39,657 nucleotides of DNA from an uncultured Sphaerochaeta sp. (GTDB lineage: Bacteria; Spirochaetota; Spirochaetia; Sphaerochaetales; Sphaerochaetaceae): positions 1-39,657 of the forward strand of contig CAZGOK010000001.1 of assembly GCA_964527665.1 (NCBI GenBank). Reading direction: 5' to 3'. Under the pieces are notes generated by a model. That model saw only the letters and a program-made list of their open reading frames with translations, was not told the origin of the DNA and ran no database searches. How positions within the stretch are numbered: position 1 is the stretch's first letter; each line of letters starts with the position of its first letter. The position numbers and the translations under genes are program-made. Below are positions 35,157 to 39,657 of this stretch, one piece after another.

Positions 35157-36866
35157 TTATGCAGTCACTCTATTGCGTTTGATCTTTTTGGTACTGGTCA
35201 TCTCCATCGGCTCATGCACAATGGTCAGTCTAGAGATTTTCTTGTACCCCTGGAGGCTTTGGTTGATCTCCCTGATGATGGATTCGAGGTCAGCCTTCTC
35301 TTCCACCTCATGGGTTGCGTAATACTCCATGTTTGGATGGATGACCGCTTCGATCAGTTCCGAGAGGCTTCCCTTATGCTCCTGATAGCCGCGGATGAGC
35401 ACCTGCTCGACTTGGGCATAGAGCTGGAACATATCCTCAATCTCCTCAGGGTACACATTCTTGCCCCCTTCGGTGATGATGAGGTTCTTTGCCCTTCCCT
35501 TTAGGTATAGGTAGTTCTCCCGGTCCAGATATCCTAGGTCGCCGGTCTTCAGATAGCCATCCTCGTCAAAGAGCTCCTTGGTATGGGCTTCGTCCTTCCA
35601 GTATCCGCGTGTGATGTTCGGCCCCTTTACCAGGATCTCCCCGATGCCGTTGGCATCAGGGTTGCCGATCTTCATCTCCACCATGGGAAAGACCATGCCC
35701 ACGGACTCTATCTTGAAGTGGCTTATCGGGTTGAGGGTAAGGATCGGGCTAGTCTCGGTAAGGCCATAGCCCTGTATGAAGTCCAATCCAAGCTGCTGGT
35801 ACTGTTTGAATACCACGGGCGAAAGGGGCCCGGCGCCGCAGATGAGAATCCTGTTCTGGTCCAGGCCTACCTTGCTGAGCAGCATCTTGTTGAAGACTCC
35901 CCTGAATATGTTCGCCTTGAGGTGTTTTTTTGTAAACCCGTTTATGGTCATCATGGTCCGTACCAGAGCGTATGTGACCAGGCCCTTCTTACGGACCTGC
36001 TTCATCATACCTGTGAGTATTTTATTGTAGAGCATGGGGATGCCCATGAAGATGGTGACTTGGCCTTTGGTCATGTCCGCTATCATGCGCGAGACCGCTA
36101 TCTCCTGGCCGAAGACACATTCAGCTCCATGCTTGATTGTCTCAAGAAGGACAGCGGTGCAGCAGTAGGAGTGGTGCAAAGGAAGCAGTGCATACAGCAC
36201 ATCAGTCTCATCCAGGCTGAGGAAGATTCCATCACAGGCTTGGTAGACATCGCTGACAATATTGGTATGGGTAAGCGTTGCCCCCTTCTCGCGTCCGGTG
36301 GTCCCGCTGGTGAATAGGATCGCTGCAACATCTTCACACGTACCACTATGCTTCTGATACTCGGCTTGTGCCTGAACAGCTTCAAGGGAAGGACAGAGGT
36401 CACTCTCTCCAAGGAGGGTGGCCATCCCCTTGAGCGCTTTGAACCAGGGCAACTCATGGTTGAGGGACTCAAGCACACCCTTGTCCCCAAACACGAAGCA
36501 GGCTTCACAGAATGAGCAGAGGTCTTCCATGCGGCGTGTAGGCATCTGGTTGTCCAAGGGGACGACAATGGCCCCTGCATGCAATACCGCCAGGTAGGCT
36601 ATCGCCCAGGAGGGGCTGTTCTTTCCATTGATGACCACGCGGTCCCCAGGCTGTACCCCTTGCTCCTGTAGGTAGGAGCTGACACGCACCATCGCACTGT
36701 CGACTTCGGCATAGGTGAGGGTGCTTCGTTCAGGCTTGAATGAGGTGAAGCAGGGGCGGTGGGGGAATTTTTCCAAGGTTATGGAAAACATCTCTATGAT
36801 GGTGGGCCACTCTCCGGTAAACAGGGTGCCCCGACTTTGATCTAGTTCTTCCCAAGAGTGTTGCAT
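35157..36866 (-). CDS. Long-chain fatty acid--CoA ligase (AMP-binding family)
   Basis: FTSGTTG..KG, QGYGLTET, TGDLG, GRAKN, GKNVYPEEIE; GGGAG SD before ATG 36866. Confidence 0.92.
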   Translation of the reverse strand: MQHSWEELDQSRGTLFTGEWPTIIEMFSITLEKFPHRPCFTSFKPERSTLTYAEVDSAMVRVSSYLQEQGVQPGDRVVINGKNSPSWAIAYLAVLHAGAIVVPLDNQMPTRRMEDLCSFCEACFVFGDKGVLESLNHELPWFKALKGMATLLGESDLCPSLEAVQAQAEYQKHSGTCEDVAAILFTSGTTGREKGATLTHTNIVSDVYQACDGIFLSLDETDVLYALLPLHHSYCCTAVLLETIKHGAECVFGQEIAVSRMIADMTKGQVTIFMGIPMLYNKILTGMMKQVRKKGLVTYALVRTMMTINGFTKKHLKANIFRGVFNKMLLSKVGLDQNRILICGAGPLSPVVFKQYQQLGLDFIQGYGLTETSPILTLNPISHFKIESVGMVFPMVEMKIGNPDANGIGEILVKGPNITRGYWKDEAHTKELFDEDGYLKTGDLGYLDRENYLYLKGRAKNLIITEGGKNVYPEEIEDMFQLYAQVEQVLIRGYQEHKGSLSELIEAVIHPNMEYYATHEVEEKADLESIIREINQSLQGYKKISRLTIVHEPMEMTSTKKIKRNRVTA

Positions 36867-37147
36867 GGTAGGATCTCCCAATTGGTATCATATGATAGGA
36901 ACATACTATACGCCCACCATATGATGGTAAAGAAGAGTTTTACAGAAACAGCCAATAATGTCAATGTCTTGTATAAGATGTTGTATCGATTGGGTTTATG
37001 GAGATAGTAGTTTTGTACTATTATGGATGGATCAAGAAGAATAGGCCAAACAGTTTTGTGTAGGGATGAAACATGCTCTACCTGGATGGCGATTTTTTTT
37101 TGGTGTGTATGGTATGCTTGAAGAAGATATTCCACCTTGGAGGGTAT

Positions 37148-37573
37148 ATGCAAAATACACACGGTGAAACCAACCTCGAGAAGATACTGGCGAATTTGCA
37201 GCCCATACTCGCACAGGAGCTTTATGTATTCTGTTTTCTTGACTGTCCTTGTCTCCCTGATTTTCCTGTCAGGGCATGCATAGGTGAGCAAGAGGGTATG
37301 ACTCTGATCATGAGGCAGGAAGAAGCAGATCTACAAGGTTTTTCCTATGAGGGAGTGTGGAGGCTCATCACAAGGCGTGTGCATTCGAGCCTGCAGGCCG
37401 TTGGGTTGACAGCACGTGTCTCAACCCTCCTCTCTGATGCAGGAATAAGTGCAAATATGGTTGCAGGGTACTACCACGACCATATGTTTGTTCCGGCAGG
37501 AGCGGCAATGGCCTCTTGTGATCTGCTGAGTCAGCTAGCTTGTGGGAAAAAGCCTTGTATCACCGGAAAGTGA
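37148..37573 (+). CDS. ACT-domain protein (ACT_3/ACT_7, DUF2241-like)
   Basis: GETNL, EQEGMTLI, VHSSLQAVGLTA, ISANMVAGYYHDHMFVP; GGAGG SD. Confidence 0.85.
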   Translation: MQNTHGETNLEKILANLQPILAQELYVFCFLDCPCLPDFPVRACIGEQEGMTLIMRQEEADLQGFSYEGVWRLITRRVHSSLQAVGLTARVSTLLSDAGISANMVAGYYHDHMFVPAGAAMASCDLLSQLACGKKPCITGK

Positions 37574-38302
37574 GGAGATGTCATCATATATGACATCGGC
37601 ATAGCGCTTGAGCATCTTCTTGTCATTGCTTCCGGTCAAAACGGCGATGGTATATCCGGCCTTTGCCTTCTTGGCCATATGCATGTCCGTCTGCGTATCG
37701 CCTACCATGGCGACCTCGGTACTCGCTAAGGAGAAGCGGGAGCAGAAGGCCTCAAAGGCCTGGGGGTGGGGTTTCTTATGGTATTTGCTGTCGCGTGTGC
37801 TCAGGAAGTCGACCATGTGCTCAAGGCCCATCAATGAGAGGAACGTCTTTGAGGATGATTCGGTGTCGCTGGTGATGATGCCGATGCGATACCCATGCTC
37901 CTTGAGTTGTGCGAACAGCTGTTGTTGCATGGAGAAGTCAAGGGTCTTTAACTTTTCGCCTACAAGGAACTCGCTGTTTTTTATATTCTGGTTATAGACG
38001 CGGAAGGTCTTGATCACAGGGATGCGGTAGCGTATGCAGTACAGCAGGTAGCGTTTGATGATGACTCGTTTCTTATGGGTGAATACCAACCCGTTTGCAA
38101 GGGTGTTGCCCTCTGCATCAATTCCCATCAGGCGAAGCATCGCCTGTTGGGCCGGTTTGTGTTTTTTCTTGTTTTTCCCCATCTCTGCAAAGGCTGTGGT
38201 TATGGCCTCACTGAGCACCTCCGCCCATACTTGGGCGTAGTCGAAGAGAGTCCCATCCTTGTCAAAAACTATTCCCTTGAGGTTATACGCGTTTTGTGTC
38301 AT
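37535..38302 (-). CDS. HAD-superfamily hydrolase
   Basis: FDKDGTL, IITSD, KPHP, MVGDTQTD. Confidence 0.92.
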   Translation of the reverse strand: MTQNAYNLKGIVFDKDGTLFDYAQVWAEVLSEAITTAFAEMGKNKKKHKPAQQAMLRLMGIDAEGNTLANGLVFTHKKRVIIKRYLLYCIRYRIPVIKTFRVYNQNIKNSEFLVGEKLKTLDFSMQQQLFAQLKEHGYRIGIITSDTESSSKTFLSLMGLEHMVDFLSTRDSKYHKKPHPQAFEAFCSRFSLASTEVAMVGDTQTDMHMAKKAKAGYTIAVLTGSNDKKMLKRYADVIYDDISSLSGDTRLFPTS

Positions 38303-38352
38303 GTTTTAGTATCTTACGAGATTTTACCAACATTTGGCTAGGGGATTACAGG

Positions 38353-39084
38353 ATGAATGATATTAGTACCAAGACAGTGCAGCGGACGCTTCAGTTTAGG
38401 TCTCAGGTCGAGTCCTTGCGCTTCTCTACAGACTTCGTGGTCTACAATCCCCTGCTCTATGCGTGGGACCTCCACGAGCAATATATACGCAAGTATGTGA
38501 ACAGGCCCGTTGATACACTATTCCTTGGCATGAACCCCGGGCCCTTTGGCATGGCTCAGAACGGTGTCCCCTTTGGGGAGGTCAATGCGGTCAGAGATTT
38601 CCTACACCTGGACGGAGAGGTGGGAAAACCCCCCTTTGAGCATCCGGCACGCCCTGTCCTGGGTATGGAGTGCAAGCGCAGTGAAGTCAGCGGCAAGAGG
38701 CTCTGGTCCCTTTTCAGTGAGCGCTACGGCTCTGCGCAAGCATGCTTCTCCTCCCTTGCCGTGGTCAATTACTGCCCCCTGGTCTTTATGGACCGTGGCC
38801 CGACAGGAAGGAACATCACACCCGACAAGCTTCCCAAGACAGAACGCGTTGCCCTTGAGACAATCTGTGACAGCTATCTTATGGATATGGCTCTTCTGAT
38901 CAAGCCTAAAAACTTCATTGGAGTGGGCAAGTATGCTGAGAAGAAATTGGAAAAACTTTTCTCAGGTGAGCAGGGCCATATGGTGTCGTCCATCCTTCAT
39001 CCGAGTCCGGGTAACCCGCAGGCAAACAAAGGCTGGAGTGAAAAGGTCACCGGAAAACTGGTCTCCCTGGGTGTCTGGTCCTAA
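38353..39084 (+). CDS. SMUG1-family (family 3) uracil-DNA glycosylase
   Basis: VYNPL.YA, GMNPGPFGMAQNGVPFG, SEVSGKRLW, NYCPL, HPSP. Confidence 0.92.
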   Translation: MNDISTKTVQRTLQFRSQVESLRFSTDFVVYNPLLYAWDLHEQYIRKYVNRPVDTLFLGMNPGPFGMAQNGVPFGEVNAVRDFLHLDGEVGKPPFEHPARPVLGMECKRSEVSGKRLWSLFSERYGSAQACFSSLAVVNYCPLVFMDRGPTGRNITPDKLPKTERVALETICDSYLMDMALLIKPKNFIGVGKYAEKKLEKLFSGEQGHMVSSILHPSPGNPQANKGWSEKVTGKLVSLGVWS

Positions 39085-39213
39085 CGTATATCAAGTTGTG
39101 CTACATTAGTTCGTTTTAGTATGAATGTCTTGTGCATTCTGATAAATATGTTCTGTAAGCCTAGAATCTTAGGGTAAAATATGGCTTGTAGTAAGGAAAG
39201 TTGTTGATCGTGC

Positions 39214-39242
39214 TAGACAATTCACTTTTGCTTTGATACTGT
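39214..39242 (+). promoter_or_regulatory. Putative ispE promoter
   Basis: TAGACA-17-TACTGT with TGn extension. Confidence 0.6.
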
Positions 39243-39248
39243 TCTGTC

Positions 39249-39657
39249 ATGGGTTTTATGCTTTCTCGTCAGGCTTACGCAAAAGTGAATCTTCATCTTG
39301 CCGTCGGATCCCCTTTTGCAGATGGGTACCACCCCATCGAGTCCATCTTCTCCCTAGTCGATCTCTCTGACCGCATAGATATGAGCTACCGCACAAGCGA
39401 CACTTTCTCCGTCGAGGTCACCGGCTTGGAGGCCTACTGCGAAAAAGGTAGCGACACCCTGAGCAAGGCGGCAACGCTCTGGCATGAAAGAAGCCGCCTC
39501 CCCCTATCCATACATGTCCACTGTGAAAAGAACATACCCGTCCGGGCAGGCTTAGGCGGCGGCTCCAGCGATGCGGCAGCACTGCTGCTCTTGTTGCAAG
39601 AGGCCTCAGGCGCGAGGGCCCTCGCTTTCAAGGAGCTTGAAGAGGTTGCCTTGGGCG
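39249..39657 (+). CDS. ispE: 4-diphosphocytidyl-2-C-methyl-D-erythritol kinase, 3'-truncated and absent from the ORF track
   Basis: Hand translation: AYAKVNLHLAVG....DGYHPIESIF ... KNIPVRAGLGGGSSDAAA. Confidence 0.93.
   Translation, partial: MGFMLSRQAYAKVNLHLAVGSPFADGYHPIESIFSLVDLSDRIDMSYRTSDTFSVEVTGLEAYCEKGSDTLSKAATLWHERSRLPLSIHVHCEKNIPVRAGLGGGSSDAAALLLLLQEASGARALAFKELEEVALG

Noticed and set aside
37535-37573. 39-nt convergent overlap of the ACT and HAD genes, and the 2-nt gap between argS and tetR
   Set aside because: Short tail-to-tail overlaps are common in compact genomes; no evidence of function

Overview
A 39.7-kb chromosomal window made mostly of housekeeping genes, most likely from a Sphaerochaeta-like spirochaete. 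That assignment is inferred from the alpha2-type GlyRS, the rplU-rpmA-obgE-nadD-yqeK-X-rsfS order and 'FAGG'-type binding-protein signal peptides. Gene order: birA (partial), argS, a TetR regulator, the rplU-rsfS operon, two duplicated MATE genes flanking an AT-richer beta-CASP metallo-beta-lactamase nuclease, an ABC transporter with two binding proteins, a 54% acidic small protein, pdxA-lipoprotein-cobO, a five-gene cluster (PHP tyrosine phosphatase, RloA-like ATPase, RloB-like protein, membrane LuxR, esterase), an HD protein, gltX-glyQS-tyrS, desulfoferrodoxin, gdhA, mtnA/mtaD, an acyl-CoA ligase, ACT and HAD proteins, SMUG1 and ispE (partial). I saw no rRNA, tRNA, CRISPR array or transposase. 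The best candidate for an undescribed system is the RloA/RloB (AbiL-type) pair. Both proteins are full length and host-like in composition, yet both have lost their predicted catalytic residues, and they sit in an apparent operon with signalling genes. Other leads are the nuclease insertion and its structured leader, the polyacidic protein, several apparently leaderless genes and a CTG start. All calls come from reading motifs by eye; no database searches were run.
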